Origin: Candidatus Levyibacteriota bacterium
GTDB taxonomy: Bacteria > Patescibacteriota > Microgenomatia > Levybacterales > GWA1-39-11
DNA length: 51,620 nt
Direction of reading: 5' to 3'
Assembly (NCBI GenBank): GCA_039738415.1
Contig: JBCLLY010000001.1
Location: 1 to 51,620, forward strand
The notes under the pieces were generated by a model that did not search any database, was not told the origin of the DNA, and saw nothing but the letters and a program-made list of their open reading frames with translations. Shown here piece by piece: positions 1-9,048 of the stretch. Both the position numbers and the translations under genes were made by a program. Within the stretch, counting starts at the first letter, position 1, and the number at the start of each line of letters is the position of its first letter.

Positions 1-553
1 AACGGCTTTCCTGAGGTCCCGTTTGAAATTTATATTTTGCAAATTTTTTCTTCGTATAAGGATTTTGCGAAGGAGACGATAGTTGTTCAAATGTCATGGC
101 ACAAATCCTCATTTCAGGATATAGAGCAACAGGCATTCTGCCTAAATTACCCAACTCCAGAACGCACTGCCCGTCCCATCCGGGATCAAAAACACTTGCA
201 GTTGAATGAACCACTATCCCAAGCCTCCCCAACGATGACCTACCCTCTAGTCTTCCCAGCAAATTATCGGGCAGCTTAATACGCTCCATGGTGACGGCAA
301 GCACAAAATCCCCCGGCTGCATGATAAAGGCGTCTCCTTTTTTAACTTTTATCTCAGAGGTTATTTCGTTCGTATAGTCTTTTTTTGTAGGATCAAGATA
401 CGGAGTCTTGCTGTGCTCAAAAACGCGGAAAGTATTTCCCAATCTTAAATCCAAAGAACATGACCCTAACTGAACTGAAAAATCCGGCTTAGGTGTAACA
501 CCAATTATTCTCTTATTTACAAATTCCTTTATGTCTTTGTCTGATAATACCAT
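1..553 (-). CDS. dcd: dCTP deaminase; C-terminal end cut by the window edge
   Basis: Absent from the ORF track because it runs off the window. Reverse-strand ATG at 553-551. Translation MVLSDKDIKEFVNKRIIGVTPKPDFSVQLGSCSLDLRLGNTFRVF...GRLEGRSSLGRLGIVVHSTASVFDPGWDGQCVLELGNLGRMPVALYPEMRICAMTFEQL carries the Dcd/dUTPase-superfamily signatures (GRSSxxRLG, DPGWxG). Confidence 0.85.
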   Translation of the reverse strand, partial: MVLSDKDIKEFVNKRIIGVTPKPDFSVQLGSCSLDLRLGNTFRVFEHSKTPYLDPTKKDYTNEITSEIKVKKGDAFIMQPGDFVLAVTMERIKLPDNLLGRLEGRSSLGRLGIVVHSTASVFDPGWDGQCVLELGNLGRMPVALYPEMRICAMTFEQLSSPSQNPYTKKKFAKYKFQTGPQESR

Positions 554-653
554 TAAAAAATAATACTAACCTTTTTTGGATAAGAAATCAAGAAACTAAA
601 CTGTTATTGGGAAATTTTTTATTTCTATTTTAACTAACTCTTACTCCTATTAA

Positions 654-2771
654 CTAGTCCTGAACTATGTAGCTTATCTCAACTGCGCTAAATCCTTTTC
701 TTTCAATTTTTTCAAACTGGGGAGGATGATTGTTATCAGAAATAGCTCCACTGTCATTTATGAAAAACACTATATTTGTGTAAGAGTCAGGCTCTGGGGT
801 TATAAATAACGGAAGCAGTTTTTTGGATATTTGGTTTGAGAAATGTGAAATAAATATTCTGCTTGATTTGGTTTCTGATTTGATATATTTAATAAAATCA
901 TAAGTTTCCTTTTCATTCATACCAAGATTATTTGCATAATTTTTTAATTCATTATCTAAATTCATTCTATTTATGATTATTCCTCTTAACGGAAGAGCGT
1001 AATTTGAAGCTAAATCATAATCAAATTCTAATGATAAATATTTTGCTCCCCCTATCTCAATTCCACCGTCCCCCGTTAAAGTACCTGAGAAACCTGTCAA
1101 GGGACTATAGGAGGCATTAGTGTTTGAAACAGTAGTCCCAACGCTAATATTTACATCCATTCCTTTTTGACCATATAGATAAAGTGGACTATTGGAACAC
1201 CCTGCGGATTTTGCTGCCGAAAATTGCTCCTTAAAACACGCATCAAAAGTCTCGTTCTGAGTTCCGGCTTTAGCCTGACTGCCAGTAAAATCAGCTCCTA
1301 AAAGCTCATTGCACGCGGCAGAAGCAACATCTCTGCATCTTTCACCGCTCTGCTGCTCCACACGCTTTGGCTCAAGTGTAGGCTTTATGGTAAATGTTTG
1401 TAGCTGAAGCTGCTCCTTTGTTTTACCCTTTATGCCTCCGCTGTCTGTGTCTGAACTAGAAGAAAAAAGCACCATAGAGTCACCAAAATATGAAGATGGC
1501 TTTACTGCAATTGACTGAACAAAACCACCCATAATATCCAAAGAAACTATATCATTCTCATTTTCGTTATAAATATAGACCCCATCCAAAACTTGCTCAT
1601 AAGAACTACCCAAATTTCCCAAAGTACTTTTTGTAGTAGTAATACTGCCAACCAGCAAGACTCCTGGACTAAGCACAGCTAGAGTTTTTTTGGGACTTTT
1701 TGAAATAGATTCTAAATCATTAAGCATAATCTTATCAAACAAACTCGAGGGTAAGTTATAAGAATAAGTACCTGTTTGATCTACATTTGTAGATACCATA
1801 GAAAATAGAACATTTCCATTAGTCTCATCCCACCAGGCATTTGCATAATAGTTTTCATTTGACAAATTCGAAAGTCTTCTGCGACTCAAGGTATTCAACT
1901 CCAAAACATCTACAGTATTTGCAGATAAAATAGCGCGTCTAACATCACGGACAATCTCGGTACCCGCCCCTTTACTACCATCGTATCCTGTAAACACTAG
2001 CATATTGCCGTCTGGAGATAAAACAGGCTGTGAACCATAAGTTCCGTTACTAACCGCTACCAAATCTTGAATATTAGCACCCGTTATGTCAGCTACGCTC
2101 ATCCCATATGCCCACCCTGCGCTATCATTAGTCAGGAATAGATCCATGAATACTTTGCCTTCATTTGTAACCGCCACAGGATAATGTACCGGCGCATTTG
2201 CAACCTCGCTATAAATCTGGTTTTTAACACCCGTATTTATATTTGCTCCATAAACTCTGGATATACCATTGTAAAGCTGTACAGAATCAGGAGGGAGAGC
2301 AACCTCCCATGTGGCTATATATTGCCCATCAGGAGATACACGATAATCATCTATTTTTACATCTTCATTTGCCTGTAAGACGACCCTTTCCTGTCCATCT
2401 GGAATTGTCTTTACAACTATACTTGCCCCATAGTCATTTTCATCTGTTTCATTAATATAAATAATTTCATTTGATGAAAGTAGTCTCACATGCTTTACAT
2501 TAAGAGGAAGTGTTGCGAGGAGAATCTCTTTACCCGTAGCAAGATCCAGGCTTTTTACTTCACTTTTATCTCCCGCCCAATAAGCATATACAAACACATT
2601 TGGAGATGAAAAACGAGTATCGGCAACTTCATCAATTACTTTCACTTCATCATTCGTGGAGGTTATAACCGCAGCCCCAACTGCTATACCAAGACCTGCT
2701 AAAATTAAAAGGCCAATCAAAAAACCTCGCATATTCTGTCTGGGATTAACAAGGGAAATGTATTTATCCAT
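654..2771 (-). CDS. membrane-anchored protein with TolB/PD40-like beta-propeller repeats; function unknown
   Basis: 705-aa ORF. N-terminal hydrophobic anchor (FLIGLLILAGLGIAVGAAVI), SPDG-type blade motifs (SPDGQYIA, SPDGNMLVF), and a Cys-containing C-terminal domain. Confidence 0.8.
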   Translation of the reverse strand: MDKYISLVNPRQNMRGFLIGLLILAGLGIAVGAAVITSTNDEVKVIDEVADTRFSSPNVFVYAYWAGDKSEVKSLDLATGKEILLATLPLNVKHVRLLSSNEIIYINETDENDYGASIVVKTIPDGQERVVLQANEDVKIDDYRVSPDGQYIATWEVALPPDSVQLYNGISRVYGANINTGVKNQIYSEVANAPVHYPVAVTNEGKVFMDLFLTNDSAGWAYGMSVADITGANIQDLVAVSNGTYGSQPVLSPDGNMLVFTGYDGSKGAGTEIVRDVRRAILSANTVDVLELNTLSRRRLSNLSNENYYANAWWDETNGNVLFSMVSTNVDQTGTYSYNLPSSLFDKIMLNDLESISKSPKKTLAVLSPGVLLVGSITTTKSTLGNLGSSYEQVLDGVYIYNENENDIVSLDIMGGFVQSIAVKPSSYFGDSMVLFSSSSDTDSGGIKGKTKEQLQLQTFTIKPTLEPKRVEQQSGERCRDVASAACNELLGADFTGSQAKAGTQNETFDACFKEQFSAAKSAGCSNSPLYLYGQKGMDVNISVGTTVSNTNASYSPLTGFSGTLTGDGGIEIGGAKYLSLEFDYDLASNYALPLRGIIINRMNLDNELKNYANNLGMNEKETYDFIKYIKSETKSSRIFISHFSNQISKKLLPLFITPEPDSYTNIVFFINDSGAISDNNHPPQFEKIERKGFSAVEISYIVQD

Positions 2772-2843
2772 AAATTTATAATAGAGGATTTATATCAGGC
2801 TTGTCAATCTTTTTTGAACTTGCCTCGGGGGAATTAGGTAAAA

Positions 2844-2955
2844 TGGTGGGTGATCTTGGGATCGAACCCCACACATCTTGCCGTTCGCCTTTATGCACTA
2901 TTCGTGCACGGCTCACGGAGCGATTTGTGCGGGGCAGGCCAAGTACCTGTTCTTA
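2844..2955 (-). pseudogene. tRNA-like 3' fragment whose T-loop is split by a 72-nt insert
   Basis: Minus strand reads TAAGAACAGGTA-CTTGG-[72 nt]-TTCGATC-CCAAG-ATCACCC-A-CCA, i.e. anticodon-stem 3' strand, variable loop, T-arm, acceptor 3' strand and an encoded CCA. CTTGG/CCAAG pair across the insert. No matching 5' half lies adjacent. Confidence 0.5.
2867..2938 (-). ncRNA. unassigned conserved hairpin motif, copy 1 (RNA or folded ssDNA)
   Basis: CCTGCCCCGCACAAATCGCTCCGTGAGCCGTGCACGAATAGTGCATAAAGGCGAACGGCAAGATGTGTGGGG. Shares identical blocks of 15 and 11 nt and the same fold with 51271-51339. Compensatory changes occur in two helices. Confidence 0.45.
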
Positions 2956-2972
2956 CCGTGCCCTCCGCCTCC

Positions 2973-3098
2973 GGGCTGCAAACTGTTGTGGGCTGCCTAG
3001 GAATCGAACCTAGTACCTCTTTCTTACCGTGCCCGACTGCCACGGGGCTGCAAACTGTTGTGGGCTGCCTAGGAATCGAACCTAGTACCTCTTTCTTA
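2973..3098 (-). repeat. two exact 54-nt direct repeats (2973-3026 and 3045-3098, period 72 nt)
   Basis: Each repeat equals tRNA-Ile positions 36-73 plus 16 nt of 3' trailer. Character-by-character comparison of the two stretches. The upper copy is part of the intact tRNA-Ile gene. Confidence 0.95.
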
Positions 3099-3132
3099 TC
3101 AGGAAAGCGTTCTACCAATGAACTAGCAGCCC
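3061..3132 (-). tRNA. tRNA-Ile (anticodon GAU), no encoded CCA
   Basis: GGGCTGC-TA-GTTC-ATTGGTA-GAAC-G-CTTTC-CTGATAA-GAAAG-AGGTA-CTAGG-TTCGATT-CCTAG-GCAGCCC-A folds into a perfect 72-nt cloverleaf. Confidence 0.95.
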
Positions 3133-3150
3133 AATTTTAAATTTACGCGC

Positions 3151-3250
3151 CCTGCCTGTAACGCTTGCTTAGCATAGCGGGCAGGTCTACTACTGTCCGA
3201 TGAGCGATTGATGTCGCTATCGGACTCCGATCTTCTCTGAAGCATCGGAG
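3151..3250 (-). repeat. three consecutive GC-rich hairpins upstream of tRNA-Ile
   Basis: Hairpins at 3151-3185 (CCTGCC...GGCAGG), 3196-3224 (TCCGAT...ATCGGA) and 3225-3250 (CTCCGAT...ATCGGAG). TCCGAT/ATCGGA-type hairpins recur at 6663-6685 and 7033-7052. Confidence 0.6.
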
Positions 3251-3410
3251 AGCCAATCACCCAGATAACTAACAAATGATAACGAATTTCATAAACTAGC
3301 TACTAATATCTAACAACTAATAACTAGACTGTTATTTTACTAAAGATCGGGTGTTCAAACAAGAGAAACAAAACGTTGCGTCATATAAAATGAAATAATA
3401 TACTCACATA

Positions 3411-4871
3411 GTGAGCAATCATTCATTCAGTATTTTTAAGTTTGTCAAAAAAAACCTTCTTATAGTTTTTATAATTACTACGTCACTAATCTTTGACGTA
3501 CTGATATCATTGGATATTTTCGAGGGACTACGCGGACCAAATGATTTAATACTCGAATCCAGGTGGCCATATTATTTTGTAAATACTATGGATAAATTTT
3601 GGGCGCCTCTAAGTATTTTTGCGGTCTTATTATCTTTATACTACTTTGCCACAAAAACAAAACTAAGTCGAAAAAAGGAAATTTTTTTTCTTTTTGCATT
3701 TGTAGTTTCAAGTTTTGCATTTCAAATAGCCCTAGTCTATTTTAGTAGATTTGATATACCTGTTCTGTTCCGAAGAACCGTAGATCCTGGAATCAATGGA
3801 TATTTTTCAAGCGCAACAAAAATAGAAAGTGTTTCTGGGTTTGTTACAAATTATGAGGATGAATTTCCCATACTAGATAACCATGGAAGAGGTCACCCGC
3901 CTGGAGGAGTTATCGTTCTTAAGTGGATAATACAGTTTTTTGATTCAAATGAGAAAATCACCAACATATTTACTTCCTACATAAGACCCCCAAATAATGA
4001 TGGGATCTCCCTATGGAAACAGTTAACGTCTTCAGAACGCGCCGCTGCAATATTTAGCGCCTTCTTCTTGCACCTTCTAGCATCCTTAACTATCATACCG
4101 CTATACTACCTAACGAAAAAAATATTTAGTTCAAAAGCTGCTATTAAAAATATTGTCCTGCTGATTCTGACCCCAAGCTTTGCCTTCTTTGCTTTATTTT
4201 TTGACCCATTTTACGCAGTTTTTCCTATTTTAGTCGGATTATTATTAACCCATTCTTATAAAGAAAAAAGTGGTGTTTACGCTTTCATTGCATCGTTATT
4301 ATCGCTCGTTGGTTTGTTTTTCACCATATCCATTCTACCCGCATTAATACTGGTTTTTGTAATTTGGACGTTGTTTTTAATAAAAAAAAGGAAGGTTTGG
4401 TCGGGAGAATTTATGACGGGTGTTAGCGGAATGTTAGCTGGAATAACTTTTATGTATTTGATGGGATACGACTTCATAAATGTATCTTATCTAGTAATTA
4501 GAAATCAAATGCCTCGTGAATACCTAGCGTGGGTTTTTTATAACCCTTATGATTTCTTCATTTATTTGGGAGTGCCATCCGCGATTTTATTTATCTATAT
4601 AACGGTTGGCATCATTAGAAAAACTCTTGAATTTAAAGTTCAAACTGTTTCCGTCATTTGTTTTTGGATAATATTTGTGGGACTGACAATTTCGGGTGCA
4701 AGTCGCGGAGAAGTGGGAAGGATATGGATACCGCTTATGATGTTGCCAATTTTTCTTTCAGGAGATTTTTTGCAAAATAAAATTAAATCTGAAAAACTAT
4801 TTATAGCAATAGTAACCCTATTGTTTATTCAGATAATTGTGATGCAGGAATTCTGGGTTTCTATTTGGTAA
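3411..4871 (+). CDS. polytopic membrane protein, possibly a GT-C (ArnT/PMT-like) glycosyltransferase
   Basis: 486-aa ORF with a GTG start and about a dozen hydrophobic segments. The functional call rests on architecture only. Confidence 0.7.
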   Translation: MSNHSFSIFKFVKKNLLIVFIITTSLIFDVLISLDIFEGLRGPNDLILESRWPYYFVNTMDKFWAPLSIFAVLLSLYYFATKTKLSRKKEIFFLFAFVVSSFAFQIALVYFSRFDIPVLFRRTVDPGINGYFSSATKIESVSGFVTNYEDEFPILDNHGRGHPPGGVIVLKWIIQFFDSNEKITNIFTSYIRPPNNDGISLWKQLTSSERAAAIFSAFFLHLLASLTIIPLYYLTKKIFSSKAAIKNIVLLILTPSFAFFALFFDPFYAVFPILVGLLLTHSYKEKSGVYAFIASLLSLVGLFFTISILPALILVFVIWTLFLIKKRKVWSGEFMTGVSGMLAGITFMYLMGYDFINVSYLVIRNQMPREYLAWVFYNPYDFFIYLGVPSAILFIYITVGIIRKTLEFKVQTVSVICFWIIFVGLTISGASRGEVGRIWIPLMMLPIFLSGDFLQNKIKSEKLFIAIVTLLFIQIIVMQEFWVSIW

Positions 4872-4932
4872 CAAATACGAAGACCGATTTGTGTTATTGA
4901 AGGAATAAAAAAGTTTTTTTTCAAGTGTATTA

Positions 4933-4958
4933 AAAAGATGTTTGAAAAGTGGTAGGAA
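4933..4958 (-). promoter_or_regulatory. 16S 3'-trailer half of the pre-rRNA processing stem
   Basis: AAAAGATGTTTGAAAAGTGGTAGGAA is the reverse complement of 6763-6788 except for one position, which gives a G-U pair in the RNA. Confidence 0.75.
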
Positions 4959-5029
4959 GAACTAATAAAAATTAGTCCTCCCAATCTTGAAATTTCTTTC
5001 AAGACGTACTGGAAGAGAGTTTTTATTAG

Positions 5030-6483
<1,454 letters not shown>

Positions 6484-6762
6484 AAATTTAACTCTGTTAA
6501 ATTTTTTGCAGTCTCGCCGCAACCCTAAGGCGTAGGCGGACAAAAAAATCTAATTTTGCAAATTTTGTATGACCGTTATTAAATTCAACGGACAAAAATG
6601 TATATTTTGATAAATATACAAAATGTAGTTTATCCTGCTTTCCGTAATTTATTCTAAAGAATTCTAGTCCGATTTAGCATCGGACTGACGTGAACTCTAT
6701 ATATTAATTTGAAAAGCAGTATTACGCTTAGTTATTAGAATAAATTCTAATTTCCAAGCAAA

Positions 6763-6788
6763 TTCCTACCACTTTCCAAACATCTTTT
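6763..6788 (-). promoter_or_regulatory. 16S 5'-leader half of the pre-rRNA processing stem
   Basis: Pairs with 4933-4958 over 26 nt, bracketing the mature 16S. This is the usual RNase III-type arrangement. Confidence 0.75.
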
Positions 6789-7087
6789 CTCACTTGTTAA
6801 GGAGCTTTACACCTAAAAATTCTCACAAACCAAAATGGTAAGTGAGGAATTTAAGGGTTGTTAAGCTGGAAATTTGAAGCGGGAGAGACTTTCTGCACGA
6901 ATTGCTTCGTGTAGAAATTTAATATGTATTTAAGTGATGATAAGTCTCATCTGGTTTAATACTATTTTCAATTCTATCTTCTAGCCTCAAATTAAAGCTT
7001 ATATATGATACTCTACGCGCTCAAATTTGTCAACTCCGACTTAATCGGAGTCAACAGGAACAAAGTATATGTATAATTAAATAGGTT

Positions 7088-7309
7088 GTGAAGATTAAAA
7101 AAGGAATATATAAACACTATAAAGGCAATTTATATGAACTTGTAGATATAGTTCGTCATTCTGAAACGCTTGAAGAGTTGGTTTTATACAAACCACTTTA
7201 CAAGTCAAAAGAATATCCAAATCAAATGTGGATACGCCCACTCAAAATGTTTTTGGAAAATGTAGATTATAATGGTAAAATAACACCAAGATTTGAATTA
7301 CAAAAATGA
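7088..7309 (+). CDS. DUF1653-family small protein
   Basis: GIYKHYKGNLYELVDIVRHSETLEELVLYKPLY...WIRPLKMF matches the DUF1653 pattern. GTG start. Confidence 0.75.
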   Translation: MKIKKGIYKHYKGNLYELVDIVRHSETLEELVLYKPLYKSKEYPNQMWIRPLKMFLENVDYNGKITPRFELQK

Positions 7310-7800
7310 AAGAGTTTGATCCGACACAAATTGATTCCACGAGAGCATATATAGAAAGTCTGAATGCACCAGTCGAGACAACTGAAATTGACGGAATAGC
7401 ATATTCGTATTATGTATTACCCCAATCTTTAAATCCTGATTTACCTGATTTTGCCTTCAGAATGACTGGGTTAAATCCTGAAACAGGAAATACTGAGGGA
7501 ATATATGGAGTTTCAGATAGTGTTCCAGAATCTCTTCGACCATTTTGGGCAGCACACGAAGTAAGAGAATTTGCCCAAATTGGAATAAATGCCCCGGAAC
7601 GCTGTATCACATCAGAGCAGCAAACAGTCCGAAGTATTCCCCCAGAATTACAAAGTGGGTATGTCAATAGAAGAATAGCATTCTTTAATAATCTATTAAA
7701 GTACTTTCAGACAGAAATTGAAAAAGACAGTGGAAATTTTTCCGTTGAAGATATTGAAGAAGCAAAAAAAACCAAGGCATATCTTGAATCACTTTCATAA
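7306..7800 (+). CDS. hypothetical protein
   Basis: 164-aa ORF whose ATG overlaps the stop of the upstream gene (ATGA), suggesting an operon with 7088-7309. Confidence 0.65.
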   Translation: MKEFDPTQIDSTRAYIESLNAPVETTEIDGIAYSYYVLPQSLNPDLPDFAFRMTGLNPETGNTEGIYGVSDSVPESLRPFWAAHEVREFAQIGINAPERCITSEQQTVRSIPPELQSGYVNRRIAFFNNLLKYFQTEIEKDSGNFSVEDIEEAKKTKAYLESLS

Positions 7801-7802
7801 CT

Positions 7803-8960
7803 CTATCTCAATCCTCCGGTAACTTTTACCTGATTCAAAAGTTTTTCGTCACTCAGTAATTTTGCGCAACCCCTTACTACTGTAGTCAGGGGATCATCAA
7901 CTATTGTTACGGGAATTTTCGTTCTCTCCATTATCAAATCATCAATTCCAGAAAGAAGCGCACCGCCTCCGGTCAAAAGTATCCCGTGTTCTAAAATATC
8001 ACTGGTCAACTCTGGTGGGGTTTCCTCAATTACTTCCATTATTCCATCAATTATTTCATTAATAATCGGACCCATTGCCTCGCGGACTTCAGCCTCGGTT
8101 ATTTTAAGGCTCTTCGGAAGTCCTGTCTCTACATTCCGTCCGCGCACTAAAGCAATTTTTTCTTTCCTTTCTTCAATTATCTCAACAGTTTTTGTCTCTT
8201 CCGGCAAAAGTATTTCCAAACTCTTCTCGCTAATCTTTGAATTTTCGTTTTTAGTTTTAAGTTTTAAGTTTTTCTTATAAACGCTTCCTATCTTTACCTT
8301 TACTTCCTCTGCGGTTTTTTCTCCGATAATAAGACCGTGACGAAGCCTTACGTAATGAACTAAAGCCTGGTCCATATCATAACCCGCGACTTTCATCGAA
8401 CGGTTCACAACAATTCCACCCAGAGAGATTACCGCAATCTCTGTCGTTCCACCGCCGATATCCACCATCATAACTCCATTGGGTTCAAAAACAGATACCC
8501 CTGCTCCAATTGCTGCCGCCATAGGCTCCTCAATCAGATAACATTCGCGGGCGCCAGCAGTTAAGGCTGCCTCCCAAACAGCACGTCTTTCGACTTCGGT
8601 CACTCCACTTGGAATTCCCACAACAACTTTAGGACGTGCAAGCATGGGGAGTTTTCTGCCGGAATTTTCATTTATTTTTTTTATATAGTATGAAAGCATA
8701 AATACCACGCCGTCAAAATCTGAAATCACACCGTGCTCTAGGGGACGAATTGCAGAAATACTGGCTGGAGTTTTACCAAGCATTTTTTTCGCCTCAGTTC
8801 CGATCGCAATAAATTCCTTAGTCCTATTGTGTCTTGCGACAATTGATGGCTCGCGGACTGAAATTCCTTTGTCTTTTATAAAAACAAGGGTATTTGCCGT
8901 ACCTAAATCTATTCCCAAATCTGTTGAAAAAAGCGAGAAAAACGAATCAAGAATCTTCAT
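7803..8960 (-). CDS. mreB: rod-shape protein MreB (actin-like) with a Lys-rich insertion
   Basis: DLGTANTLV, VDIGGGTTEIAVISLGG and LTGGGALL motifs. A TATAAT lies 8 nt upstream of the ATG. Confidence 0.92.
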   Translation of the reverse strand: MKILDSFFSLFSTDLGIDLGTANTLVFIKDKGISVREPSIVARHNRTKEFIAIGTEAKKMLGKTPASISAIRPLEHGVISDFDGVVFMLSYYIKKINENSGRKLPMLARPKVVVGIPSGVTEVERRAVWEAALTAGARECYLIEEPMAAAIGAGVSVFEPNGVMMVDIGGGTTEIAVISLGGIVVNRSMKVAGYDMDQALVHYVRLRHGLIIGEKTAEEVKVKIGSVYKKNLKLKTKNENSKISEKSLEILLPEETKTVEIIEERKEKIALVRGRNVETGLPKSLKITEAEVREAMGPIINEIIDGIMEVIEETPPELTSDILEHGILLTGGGALLSGIDDLIMERTKIPVTIVDDPLTTVVRGCAKLLSDEKLLNQVKVTGGLR

Positions 8961-9048
8961 ATCTTACCATTATAGCAGAGGCTGAATTGAATTTTGATAT
9001 TACAAATCCTTGTCGGTAAGTTTTACCTATGCTACACTAAAATACATA

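Noticed and set aside
37-279. An 80-aa plus-strand ORF.
   Set aside because: It is antisense to the well-supported dcd gene.
2844-2870. Primer-binding-site idea: plus-strand TGGTGGGTGATCTTGGGATCGAA is complementary to a tRNA 3' end, as in LTR retroelements.
   Set aside because: There is no reverse transcriptase, LTR or polypurine tract anywhere nearby. The tRNA-fragment reading explains the sequence more simply.
2867-2938. Resemblance of GAGCCGTG...GGCGAACGG to group II intron domain V (GAGCCGUAU...).
   Set aside because: The AGC triad would face GA rather than GUU. The bulge is on the wrong scale, the hairpin is 45 nt rather than 34, and no other intron domains or IEP are present.
2943-3098. 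CRISPR-like regular repeats (period 72 nt).
   Set aside because: There are only two exact units plus one diverged unit. The repeat is tRNA-derived and 54 nt long, the spacers are 17-18 nt, and there are no cas genes.
2801-3140. ORFs of 70, 96 and 75 aa with an internally repeated peptide (GCLGIEPSTSF...).
   Set aside because: They are translations of the tRNA-Ile gene and its tandem 3'-half copies. The peptide repeat simply mirrors the DNA repeat.
2844-3263. tmRNA (ssrA) hypothesis: GGGTGAT at 3262-3256 pairs perfectly with ATCACCC-ACCA at 2854-2844, and there is a T-loop.
   Set aside because: Position 3:70 would be G:C, not the G:U required for alanylation. There is no GGATTCGAC-like 5' region and no tag ORF ending in an ..AA stop. 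A complete tRNA-Ile would sit inside it.
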